DNA of 63,643 nucleotides, the filler included, from Octopus bimaculoides (taxonomy: Eukaryota), in assembly GCF_001194135.2 (NCBI RefSeq). It is 5 parts of 4 records of this genome, joined end to end, with 100 filler letters (N's around TTAATTAATTAA, not from the genome) between each part and the next. Parts side by side here need not be neighbours in the genome. Positions count along the whole stretch, not along the records: positions 1 to 7,817 come from NC_068985.1; positions 7,918 to 25,193 come from NC_068985.1; 3 more parts are not named here. One strand, written 5' to 3'. Made by a program: the position numbers and the translations under genes. This document shows, piece by piece, positions 1 through 11,269 of this stretch (the first letter of the stretch is position 1; every line of letters begins with the position of its first letter). The notes under the pieces were generated by a model. It saw only the letters and a list, made by a program, of their open reading frames with translations. It did not search any database and was not told where the DNA came from.

Positions 1-1225
1 GCAAACATTATATTTGGAAGAAATACTTTCAATATAACTTCGGATATGTATGTGTGTATTTAAGCATGTATATGTATGTATGTATTACCATGGTATATGT
101 TTGTTCTTACTGTTCTTACTGCATTTTTATATAGTCTTGTCTCATCTCGCAGATGCACCCACGCATCAATTTTTCCAAGAAAATCTGATGGTGTTGTTTA
201 TAATTTAATCAAACAAAATGTCCGCTGATCCGATCTGATAATAAATCGCTATTCTATTATCAATTATACTAACTATTGTATCAAAATGCAAGGATAAATT
301 GCAAATCCACCATTCATGACATTTCTGTCATACTCTCAGGTTTTACAGAAAGTTTGAGAGCATAATTTTCAATCAAGTCAATATACTGTCAAAAAAGTTA
401 CCGTTTTACTGTCTTGTCTTCATAGATATCTGATAAATACCAATAAATATATAGTAATTATTTCACCTAACTCATTATTGATGTATTCTGTATCTGAACA
501 GACCAGGAAATTAACAGAATACATTATATGAAAGCAATAAAATTTCGTCAGGATATCAATGAGAAATCTGTAAACTTTAATAAAATGCTTAATTATGTTT
601 GCCATAAATCTTCATACAGCAAAATGTTTAACTTACTCTAAGCATTCAAAACAGATGACATAAATACATTTGATGATGACTGAGTGCTTGTGAGTCTGCG
701 TGTAAGAGAAGGAGAGAGTGAATTAAAAATATAGATAAATAGTTTAAGTGTTAGGTGAAGGAAGGTGTATTGGTTAATGTTTGTGAATGTAAGTTTCGGT
801 GAGAGATTTAAGGAAGTGTCTATTATTGGAGCTGTCTCTATAATTGCCGTTTAATGGCGATGTATAAGTGTCTTTCCGAAATACAAGATGTGTGATAAAG
901 CATTTCAAACTGAAACCTTGCTATATTTATCGAAATTCAAATCTGACAATCGCTCATGTGATTTCACGAATCGCGCGCGTTTGTGTATTTATAAGTGTCG
1001 ATTTTTGCGGGTCTATGTATTCGTATATGTTTCTGTGTATGTTATTTTAAGCAACCAAATATGCTCAGATGTATGTATTTATGGGCAATTCGATTTTCAC
1101 CGACAACTGTTGCAAACAATATATTCAAGTTTATCGACGTCGTAGCCAAAATAAACTATACAAATGTGTAGTACGTATGACTCTCTAAGTATCTATATAC
1201 ATGAATACATATATATATATGTGTG

Positions 1226-1285
<60 letters not shown>

Positions 1286-1992
1286 CGTACGTATTGTGTA
1301 AACGTGTGTGTAGTTGGTAAATCTATACATATTTACATATATACGTACTGATATGGATACTGATCTATATACAGCATTTGCTTAAACATTTATCTATCTA
1401 TCTCTCTGTCTCTCTGTCTCTCTCTATACATACATACATACAAACAGACTTACATATATGTGTGTGTGTGGGGGGGGGGTGTATGTATGTGCGTGCGTGT
1501 GTGCGTGTATGTGCATGTGTGGTTCTGTGTATCTCTGTGTTTCTTTCGTGTATATCTATAGTCTCAAAGATAATATCCTTGTCTTAAAGGATATTAAATC
1601 TAGGAAAGAATTCAAATTTAAATCATTCTAAATGTGTTAATGCCAAATTTTATATTAATCTATCATTACCAACGAACCTTCGATCGCAGACCTCGCACGC
1701 ACGCGACGTTGTCGATGGTGTAAGCAATCATTTCTTTTGTGAGGTTTATAGTGTTGACATCAGAGGTGGTAGAAAAAAGCCAAAATATAAACGTTTTTGC
1801 CATTTCTATGGTTACACGTTCTTATCGAATTGAATTATTTGTTTGCATTTTCCATTTTTTAGATTTTCCGAAATCATTGCAGAAGGAGCTGGTTTGATTA
1901 ATCATAATAAATATAATTATTAAAGTACAGTCTCAAGAAAGGTCTCAACAATTCTAATTTTTATATGCTTTTATCAAAACCTTTTAAATATT

Positions 1993-2200
1993 TATTTCTT
2001 TATTGCCCATAGGGGGCTAAACATAGCGGGGACAAAGAAAGGGATTAAGTCGATTACATCGATCCATTGCGTAACTGGTACTTAATTTATCGACCCCGAT
2101 AGAGTGAAAGGCAAAGTCGAACTCCGCAGAATTTGAACTCAGAAGAAATACCGGTAAGCATTTCGCCCTGCGTGCCAACGATTCTGCCAGATTGCCGCCT
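1993..2200 (-). mobile_element. tRNA-derived SINE, family A (Meta-like central domain)
   Basis: Reverse complement matches the full + copy at 60041-60267 (ggcggcgagc..gcagaatcgttagc..ttctgagttcaaattc..gtcgactttgcctttca..gtaccagttacgca..gcaataaagaaataa), with small internal deletions. Confidence 0.85.
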
Positions 2201-2327
2201 TTTAAATATTGTAAATTTCAGCTACAGAAAAATAACTTAAATTCACTGCGAGATAGCATGCTACCTTGAGGTCTCTGATCGAGACTTGGAGCCAACTTGA
2301 ACAAATGCAAAGCAAAAGTCGAACATA

Positions 2328-2347
2328 AAATAATAATGATAATAATG

Positions 2348-2413
<66 letters not shown>

Positions 2414-2449
2414 GCAATATTAATAATAATAATAATAGTAATATTAATA

Positions 2450-2529
<80 letters not shown>

Positions 2530-2552
2530 AGCAATAGTAATAGTACTACTAA
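2328..2552. repeat. (AAT)n microsatellite
   Basis: Long, slightly interrupted ataataata run; source of the poly-I/poly-L ORFs. Confidence 0.97.
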
Positions 2553-5500
2553 TCATAATAATGCTTTCTTTTAGAGGCCCGAGGCGTCAAATTAATGCTA
2601 CCAACTAAGGTCACCACATATTGTAAAATTAGTAACAGTGCCCGAAAATATCCAACTAAGCACACACATAAATCGTAAAAATGCAGCAGGTTAGCTACTG
2701 GGAATATCAAAGGGGATAAAACTGTAATCTCTGGAATGAAGGAGAGAAAGGTATGCTGTGATATACATCTGGAAGAACCTGGGATACCTTGTCAAAAACT
2801 TTGGCACTGCGTGTTATACTAACAACAGGACAGGGTGCATTTACATAGCGCCAAATATCCCACGATTGCCATCAAATAACACTACTAGATAATTCAACAA
2901 ACGACATTTCATCAATATCTCTCTGAACGATTGAAAGTAACTTACATGGGGTTGCAGTAGATGTCTTCAGAACAAATGAGTCTCCTCCTGTTAATCGTTC
3001 TCGATGAAAAATAGATTTCACAGCAAGAAACCGCTGATGCAGGAAGCAACCTCAAACTTGTTCATTCAGGAAATGGGAACTATTAAAGAAGAGTTTATGA
3101 AGGTGTAGTAACTCCAATTGGCAGTGTCAGACATGACCACGGCTCACGAGCTTCAATGAGTAAAAGAGCAAAGGGGAAAACGTGTGTGTGTGTGCGTATA
3201 ATAAAAATTTCGACACAATAGCCTTCTTTTCCTAAAAGTTATACTTATGATATCAAATTATAGTTATACAATATCTACTCAGGCAAGCTTTCCTCACTGT
3301 AACCATTAAAATACTTTAAGTAGAGTCAATTTTTACTTTTATTGTTTACATATACTTCATGAAAAGTTCCACATAAAAATATATTGCAATGCTTACTGAC
3401 AAAGAATGGAAAAAAAATCTCCACACGTTTACATCACATTTGTTTCTTTCTTTTAAAAAGTGAACGTGAGCCAGAAAACTGTGATTTTCTCACAGTTGGA
3501 ATTCTCATATTCGAATATAGCTTTCTTTCGTGTGTGAATACAGAGATAATATCTTCGATGTTAACACATGTTGCCAAATTTACTTTCATATTTTCTTTAT
3601 TCATAGCCTCTTCTTTTTTTCACAACATATAGCATATTCATACAGTGCTGTGCAATATGTTGTGGTGGTGTCAACAAATACATTAGTTCCACACAATTTA
3701 TTTTTTCTTTATTTTATTTTATTTAATTTCTGCACTCCATAACCGTGGTTATGTTTGGGTAAATTTCACAATGCTAATCAGTTTAGTTTAGCTTAGTTCA
3801 CGGAACAGCAATCATCGTTATACAACAATAAATTAAGAGATTCCTGTGACTCACCTGTTGATGTTCACACATTGGTGCAGATTTCACTCTCAATACCAGA
3901 ATATTTATGCATTTTTACTGTGGTGGTTTGTTATAAATTATTCAATAGTAATTCACAATCATATGTTTGTTCTGTGTAAAGAAAGGATGACCACACTAAT
4001 TTCATGTCGGTATTCGTATATTTTATCTCGCATCGTTTACATTTAGGTAACTATATGTTAATAATGGAACAACGTCCATGAAATAAGTAACATAATGTTT
4101 AAGAACTTTATAACGTGTTAGGAATGTAGGTCTTAATTTCCGAAGATGAAATAAGAGTTAAATCTGTTTATAATCGACGTACGTGTGACTCGAAATTGCA
4201 AGTTTGGTGGTATTTGTCGAATTCCACACCAATATTTTAAGTAAGAAAAGGAAAAGAAATTGAGATTACCAACTCATTGTACAGAGCAACATAGTTTCAT
4301 TTTGTTTGCTCCAGTCTGATTTTGACCTCAACTTTTTCTAACCGAAAAAGTAATTTTCGAAAAAATTTAATCATATTGTTTGGGCTGAAAATTCACACAC
4401 TTCTCTTGGATTTCAATACATCGACTTTAACAAATGAGCCAAAGCTTATTTGTCCGGCTATTTTTCTGTAGCAGTCTATGCCTTTTGTAGTGACACATGG
4501 CTTTCATGACGATACATTTGGTCTTGAATCTGAATCGGAAAAATGTGTGAGCGATAGCTGAAATAGAGGGAAAAACCTCGTTACACGACAAACAGAAAAG
4601 AATTGATGATGTTGCCTCTCATTAAAATCAGCTCCAATTTAATTGCTTGGTCACATTTTCAAATACGTTTCTGCTGTGGCTGTCTCTCACTAACCGTATC
4701 ATTTATTAAATTACATATTGTAAAATTTATTTTATAAATCAGTGAGATTTAATGCGAAGAAAAACTGTTGATGACATATCGGCACATTTGGCGGCGTATA
4801 GACGTCAATTTACATCTACTATATTAAAATGTTATATAAAACATTTTGTAGTAAGGTTGCCACCGAATTTTGGGCAGAACAATCATGCGCTACGTTTCCA
4901 ACTCAGAGCCGCATCCTCCAATATAGACATAGACGATAAGATCATTAATGAACGATTTATACTGTAAACATAAAAAGGCATTAATGCTTAATTAAATGGT
5001 CCTCGGGCCATCAGATCGCATATATCATCATGCGAGTTGGAATCTTGCGTAATATTCTAGACGAATGTTCTAACAATTTTGTGAGACGTTGTAAAAATCT
5101 GGAGCATTTATTTCCTGTACAGAAAGATATTTGGCATTTCAAGGATGTATGTCTTTGAGTTCCATGATAGATAGTCTTATTGTTTCTACTTGTTTTGCCT
5201 GGAACTACTTCAGGCGTTACACGAAACTCTGTCGGTGAGCTTTTTGAAGACACGTTGTAATTATTTCTATTTAATTTGTCACTTATTTCATCCGATAACA
5301 TTTGAATTATTTTCTATTTATTTGACTGTAGTTTATATGTAAATGCAAAGGTCTCAGGTTAATAAAACTGAATAAAATCTAGTGCATATACTAGTGGGGT
5401 CTTTATGGTTGTACTGCTTAGCCACCCCAACATATGTTGTTTTCCATCAATGACTATTTAACAATGCTAAAATCGTACTAAAATTTCAAACTGAAAGGAA

Positions 5501-6156
5501 AACAGAAATAATCCTCGCTGACGTATTTCAAATGGTTTAGTTTATTGTGACATATTAAATCATATTCATCGATGCACTACACCAAAGAATTATTTATTAT
5601 TTGCAAATGATTATATATCTAGAATATCTGGAAGAAACTACAGGAATTGGCTAACATAGAAGAATACGTGTTCGAACTCGCATTAATTTAAGCATCTATG
5701 CATCACAGTTACAGTTCTTTCATACTCGTCTAATTTCCACCTGTCGCAGCGCAACCATACACACACAGATACAGGCAGTGCATATAAAATACATACACTA
5801 TCCAACACTTTCTCCCGTATTTCATTCTGTTTATCAGTTATAATCTGTTTTAATATTCAGTTGAGATGTTTCATCTTTATATTTGAAATCGTATTAAATG
5901 GTAAATACTTATTAATACCAGTATGCGGTAGTTATTTGCCGTAGAAGAAGAGAACCACAGAAGTTGCTATTGATAAACAAATTAAATTTTTAATCTTTCC
6001 TAGCATACGGAAGTAGATTATGACCAAATATGTAAATGTGCTTATAAAGAGGAATCAATAATATCGCTATACTGTATAATACGCATCGCATGGAACTTAA
6101 AATATTTGTGTAATATTCAGGAATATGGGGATGGCACGTACAATTATATGTATTAG

Positions 6157-6190
<34 letters not shown>

Positions 6191-6988
6191 NNNNNNNNNN
6201 NNNNNNNNNNNNNNNNNNNNNNNNNNNNNNNNNNNNNNNNNNNNNNNNNNNNNNNNNNNNNNNNNNNNNNNNNNNNNNNNNNNNNNNNNNNNNNNNNNNN
6301 NNNNNNNNNNNNNNNNNNNNNNNNNNNNNNNNNNNNNNNNNNNNNNNNNNNNNNNNNNNNNNNNNNNNNNNNNNNNNNNNNNNNNNNNNNNNNNNNNNNN
6401 NNNNNNNNNNNNNNNNNNNNNNNNNNNNNNNNNNNNNNNNNNNNNNNNNNNNNNNNNNNNNNNNNNNNNNNNNNNNNNNNNNNNNNNNNNNNNNNNNNNN
6501 NNNNNNNNNNNNNNNNNNNNNNNNNNNNNNNNNNNNNNNNNNNNNNNNNNNNNNNNNNNNNNNNNNNNNNNNNNNNNNNNNNNNNNNNNNNNNNNNNNNN
6601 NNNNNNNNNNNNNNNNNNNNNNNNNNNNNNNNNNNNNNNNNNNNNNNNNNGAAGTATTAACAGTAACTGCACGATAAAGTGTAGTATATTGCCACTTAAG
6701 TGTGGCTGACCCCTAGGGGTGGATGTTACTGTTGCTTTTAGCCCCAGGAAGACATCTCCTCCAGCTAGCTGGCTTATCGACACACGACTGTGTCCTGTTT
6801 GCCAAGGGAGTTATCCCTCTCACCGCGACCAGCAGCACGAACGTATCCGGATTTCAGGGTTATTTCCCTTCGTCGGCGTTCGACAGCTGATGACCTTGGT
6901 GAGAGAAACAAATCTGGCAAAACCTTATATCTTCTTTTCCAGTGACATTCTTCACTGATATTGAAAAGGTGAAAACAAGCAATGTTAA

Positions 6989-7030
<42 letters not shown>

Positions 7031-7759
7031 GACTGTTCATGTATGTTTGCATGTATGTGTATACTTACGTGTTTGTGTGCATACGCAAATTTTTATTGAT
7101 GTTAGTTGCTATGTAAATTTATGTGCACTTTATCATTAAACTGAAAACTTCCTATAGATATTTTCAAGAAATAATGTTTCAAAAATCTTTAAAATATGGA
7201 TGGTGAGAGAGAATTCAAGACAAAGTTTTGTCGCAAATTAGTGAAAATATCAAACTGATTTGGATATTTATTCTCATAGAGAGTGAAATGACACTATCAT
7301 CGAAGGAAGACTTATTCAATTAAGTCACCTGTTGAAGAATATAGTACATATTTGATCGTGTGGGATAGTAATTATACTCTTACGTTAAATGTATCAGCCG
7401 ACCAATATATTACGGGTGTAAAAATATGTAGAAATAATTGTGAATGTTCAATATCTTTCATCTCATATTCTATTAGTGATCTGTCTTTAGAGATTGTAGG
7501 GACACAATGGAATTCCTGATATATGTCCTGTAACAAGAGTCTTCTCATTGTATGACGACATCTGGAACCCAATAACTGTCGAGCTCTACGTAGCATACTT
7601 CGAGGTATTTTTCACAAATATAATCTAACTGTATGTATATGTGTGTGTGTGTGTGTTTACGGGTGTCTGTGTCTTTTTATATTTTCCTTTATGGTATCAT
7701 ATTGCCACCAACTGCTTATATTAATCTTAAATATATATCAGTATGTGTGTGCTTGTATG

Positions 7760-7817
<58 letters not shown>

Positions 7818-8069
7818 NNNNNNNNNNNNNNNNNNNNNNNNNNNNNNNNNNNNNNNNNNNNTTAATTAATTAANNNNNNNNNNNNNNNNNNNNNNNNNNN
7901 NNNNNNNNNNNNNNNNNTATATATATATAAAGTAGTTGTATGTATAATGCCAACTTAACATGACAGTCCCAATAAGGGAATATACTACTGTTTAGCCCTA
8001 GGAAGCTGGACCGCTTCCTACTGCTTAAGTCTCTCTGAGAGATTTAGAAATTTATTATTTCACGTAAAA

Positions 8070-8248
8070 GCACCCACTACACTCTCTGAGTGGTTGGCGT
8101 TAGGAAGGGCATCCAGCTGTAGAAACTCTGCCAAATTAGATTGGAGCCTGGTGTAGCCATCCGGTTGCACCAGTCCTCAGTCAAATCGTCCAACCCATGC
8201 TAGCATGGAAAGCGGACGTTAAACGATGATGATGATGATGATGATGAT
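8070..8248 (+). mobile_element. RTE-LINE 3' tail (truncated LINE or RTE-tailed SINE)
   Basis: ggcgttaggaagggcatccagctgtagaaac..ccatgctagcatggaaagcggacgttaaac followed by a (GAT)n tail. The same tail is joined to RTE coding sequence at 13341-13940. Confidence 0.8.
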
Positions 8249-8585
8249 AAAGAAAAAACGGGATTAAAAATCCTGGCACATATCAAGTAAACACTCAGTA
8301 TAAAGGAATAAGGTTAAATCTCAAACAAGTAGATACCAGAAAATGTAAGTAGAATACAAATCCCAGGTAAATCCTCATGTATGACAGGTAAATCCAACAA
8401 TCCTTATGCAGAATTATAAGAATTTCAGAGTATTTAGCAACAACCAATCTATAACTATAGTATAGCTGAGTTTGTGAGTGTGTGTGTGTGTGTGTGTGTG
8501 TGNNNNNNNNNNNNNNNNNNNNNNNNNNNNNNNNNNNNNNNNNNNNNNNNNNTGTGTGTGTGTGTGTGTGTGTGTGTGTGTTGCA

Positions 8586-9468
8586 TCTATAGAAATCCAC
8601 ATTTTCTACTTTTTCGTAAAAAATTTTACATTAATGGAATTTTCTTGATGTGAACTTTCCAGTGCATTAATTAGATATTTTAAATTCCATTTACTTTGTG
8701 CGATTTAAGGGAGATTTAGCTATTGTTTCTAGCAACTTTTATATTTCTTCCCTTCTACCTGGAACGGCGTTCTTACACACGTGCTCAACATATAATATAA
8801 AGAGTAAGAGTAAAAGAGGGAGAGTGAGAGAGAGAAAGTGATACATACAAAGTCATAGATTAAACTTTCCACTCAGTATTCTTTACCTATTTTTCATAAC
8901 ATTGATACGTAAAAACACACAACCACACATGTGATCTGTGACAACAACATACACATTGCTCCCATTCTCTATTCCTTTCTCCCACTCTTCCTCTCTCGCT
9001 CTCTCAAACACATACACGTGCAAGTAAACACAATCATTCACAAAAATATAACTCATGTTCGTCAATGTGGCATAATTACAGAGTTGTACCCACCAACTTT
9101 GGAAGGTCAAAACTTTCATTAAAATGAATATTTTTTTATGAAATTTTCTATGCATATATTATTTATTATGTAGATTCCAAATATACAAAAATTTTCGGTG
9201 AAAGTGTTTTGGGAGTGGGGGTAGGGGACAATTTTCGGAAATTCCACTAAAATTCCTCTTAACTTCCAGGAAAATGAATATTTTTTCGTGAAATTTTCTA
9301 CAAATATACCTTGATGTATGTACATTTCGAACATGTAGAAATTTTGAAGGAAACAACTGCAGGTTATTTTTGAGAAGTGTTCCCCACTCGGTGGTGTTTC
9401 GGAGCAAGTGGTCCATATTTGTTTCATTTTTCTCTATTATGTGCGTATGTGCATCCGTAGATTTCTAA
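8586..9468 (+). mobile_element. Non-autonomous Helitron/Helentron-like or MITE-like element
   Basis: Starts a|TCtatagaaatccac and ends gtagatttCTAA|t (TC..CTRR in an AT site). 11-bp subterminal inverted repeat tagaaatc(c/t)ac at 8590-8600 and 9457-9467. The 3' hairpin is weak. Confidence 0.45.
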
Positions 9469-9754
9469 TGAAGTAATAGGCAGTGAAGAGAAGCTGTCAT
9501 AAGAAAACTTTTAACTACCTCTATTCCTTTCTCCCCATATCTCTACCTCTTCCTCTCTTGCTCTCTCAAACGCATACACATGCAAGTACAGTTTCTATTC
9601 ATCAAATTACACTCACAAGGCATTGGTTAAAGAGAGGTTGTAGGAGAATATATTATAACTGATACAGTAAAGTGGAATTGAAACTAACATCATGTTCTTG
9701 TAGATTTTCCCATTCGTCCTGTTATTCATTCATTCCATTTTCCCATCTTTTCAG

Positions 9755-9928
9755 AGAAATGTCCATTTGGAGATAATGAGAATCTTCGGTTTACGGTGAA
9801 ATTTACAGGCAGTGACAAAATGATTGTACCATCGAACTGTACACAACTTTTAGAATTGGCTCCAGAATTTTGTGATGTGAACTTACAAAAGGCCCATTGC
9901 TGCAAAGCATGTAATTCAAACAAAGAAG
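9755..9928 (+). CDS. Internal exon, six-Cys module (PLAC/ShKT-like) of an extracellular protein
   Basis: Acceptor ccatcttttcag| and donor GAAG|gtaag; 174 nt, phase 1 to phase 1, open: (E)KCPFGDNENLRFTVKFTGSDKMIVPSNCTQLLELAPEFCDVNLQKAHCCKACNSNKE(G). Pattern C..GD...C...C...CCxxC. Confidence 0.8.
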
Positions 9929-10139
9929 GTAAGAAACAAAAGTGAATGTGGAACCTGAAGAAAGTAGAAATGGTTTGTGTGATAAAGATTGTCTTTGTAC
10001 ACCACAAGTTAATGAAGTAAACTATTAATGAGAGGTGAATGACTAATTATGGAACTGCTGATCACAAGTTTTAGATACTGTCAATAAGACAAAACATTGC
10101 TGTGTATGTATTTAAGTATGTATGTTTGTTTTGGATACC

Positions 10140-10553
10140 AACAATGACATATCAAACATATTTTCACAGATCCACTTACAGATTGTATCTGTAATGTTTG
10201 TATCAATAAGTCTCTTTCCTCACCCAATAATCTTAACTTCTCCAGATTGTGGCTAAGACATATATAATCTGGGTGGAGGAGTTACAGGTTTTAAAGTCAT
10301 TGTCCATAGATATCCTTCTTCTTGCTGATTTTGGAAGAGACGTTCAGATATGCTGGACACCTAACCTCTATAAATGTACACAACTTTTATTTTCTGTCCC
10401 AAATAACTATCAGGTCTGTTATATTGCACTCAGTAGAAGCTTTGATGGGAATATTCCACCATTATTCCTTGTGTTGATATGTATGTATTCAATAGCAAAA
10501 GTGTTGTTTATATTTTTACCAGGGAAATCTTTTTTGTGGATGGCATTGTATAT
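10140..10553 (-). mobile_element. R4/Dong-type (RLE) non-LTR retrotransposon, decayed 3' endonuclease region
   Basis: Minus-strand peptides IYNAIHKKDFP, WWNIPIKAS, a frameshifted PD-type motif, KLCTFIEVRCPAYLNVSSKISKKKDIYG and IQTLQIQSVSGSVKIC. Homologous to the + fragment at 21290-21740. Confidence 0.75.
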
Positions 10554-10609
10554 TCTTTATTTACATTATTTACATTTGACGGATATTTGTCCTCATCTTG
10601 TTTGTTTTT

Positions 10610-10655
10610 AACACAACGTTTTGACTGATATACACTCCAGCCTTCATCAGGTGTC
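10610..10655 (-). ncRNA. Minimal type I hammerhead ribozyme motif, probably inactive (G12 to A)
   Basis: Minus strand: gacac CTGATGA a ggctg gagtgtatat cagtc AAAA cg TT gtgtt. This gives stem I gacac/gtgtt, core CUGAUGA, stem II ggctg/cagtc and a palindromic ACGT stem III; GAAA reads AAAA. Confidence 0.7.
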
Positions 10656-10704
10656 TTGGGGAAATTTCGAACCTGGGTTCTCATTCCTAAGGTAATTTTC
10701 TAAG

Positions 10705-10741
<37 letters not shown>

Positions 10742-10746
<5 letters not shown>

Positions 10747-10818
10747 TCAATGCCCAGAATCGAACTTGGAATCTTGGAGTTAGTAGCCCGCACTCTTAAC
10801 CACTACGCCATATGCCCA
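10742..10818 (-). other. tRNA-like (Pol III A/B box) segment inside the Penelope-like element 3' region
   Basis: GGCATATGGCGTAGTGGTTAAGAGTGCGGGCTACTAACTCCAAGATTCCAAGTTCGATTCTGGGC: A box TGGCGTAGTGG, B box AGTTCGATTC. The cloverleaf is poor, so this is not a functional tRNA. Confidence 0.65.
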
Positions 10819-11269
10819 TGAGTGAATTTTTAGGGCTTATAAATCTAATATTTTCCTATGCTTCCTTAATACTGGTTCCCATATGCTATTCACATCTGCA
10901 CTCAGTCTGCTTAGGAGGTTGTTGTGTCCTAGCAAATGTGCTGCTTCTTTTAGTTTTCGTATTCTCCAGTAGTGTTCTCTGTCTATTATTTTAATTTCTT
11001 CCCACAGGGGAAGGTGGTCTCCATTTTTCCATACATGATCAGCTATACCTGATTTATCAATATCTTCTCATGTCACAGATTTGCGATGTTCGTCTACCCT
11101 TATTTTGAGGGGGCAACATGTTTCACCTTTGTATATCCTACCACAGTTGCATGGGATGGAATACACACAGTTTTTGGTCAAATATCTGTCAAATATAAAT
11201 AATATCCATCAAATGTAAATAATGTAAATAATGTACATAATTCCTCATCTCTTAAATATAGAACAGCAT

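Larger units (their letters stand above)
10555..11265 (-). mobile_element. 5'-truncated Penelope-like element (GIY-YIG plus terminal repeat), nested in the R4/Dong LINE
   Basis: Single frame 11175-10837 with one stop: KNCVYSIPCNCGRIYKGETCCPLKIRVDEHRKSVT*EDIDKSGIADHVWKNGDHLPLWEEIKIIDREHYWRIRKLKEAAHLLGHNNLLSR. It is followed by a tRNA-like segment, (AAT)n, a hammerhead-like motif and a tail, with an inverted tail copy at about 11179-11260. Confidence 0.88.

Noticed and set aside
153-207. Possible terminal exon after ctcatctcgcag (DAPTHQFFQENLMVLFII*)
   Set aside because: Only an acceptor and a short frame; the reading frame is ambiguous and there is no upstream partner in the window.
420-605. 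Hydrophobic minus ORF with GPCR-TM7-like MYSVNFLV
   Set aside because: AT-rich DNA yields such peptides by chance; no further helices or convincing splice sites.
2202-2608. Poly-L/I/N/D/H and YI/CV/HT/YLSI ORFs throughout (for example 38833-40425)
   Set aside because: Translations of microsatellites or read-through of N gaps.
4458-5236. Possible + exons QSMPFVVTHGFHDDTFGLESESEKC, ..KDIWHFKD and ALHETLS
   Set aside because: Donors are plausible, but one acceptor is poor, no family motif was recognised (HETLS is not HExxH), and linkage to 9755 is unsupported.
6004-6160. HTEVDYDQICKCAYKEES, reminiscent of the ADAMTS Cys-rich region
   Set aside because: Similarity is too loose, there is no good in-frame donor, and the frame ends in a stop.
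6660-6900. Repeat-like GC-richer segment after the gap
   Set aside because: Probably a retroelement end, but no second good copy or coding motif in the window allows classification.
7400-7605. + GHNGIPDICPVTRVFSLYDDIWNPITVELYVAYFE or - YWVPDVVIQ (Cys-loop receptor-like)
   Set aside because: The + donor is phase 0 and cannot join the phase-1 exon directly; the minus motif is followed immediately by a stop.
7862-7873. TTAATTAATTAA island inside Ns (also 25238-25249, 37300-37311, 57329-57340)
   Set aside because: Identical 12-mer with stops in all six frames, centred in a 44N+12+44N block (counted at the first two sites). This is an assembly spacer, not biology.
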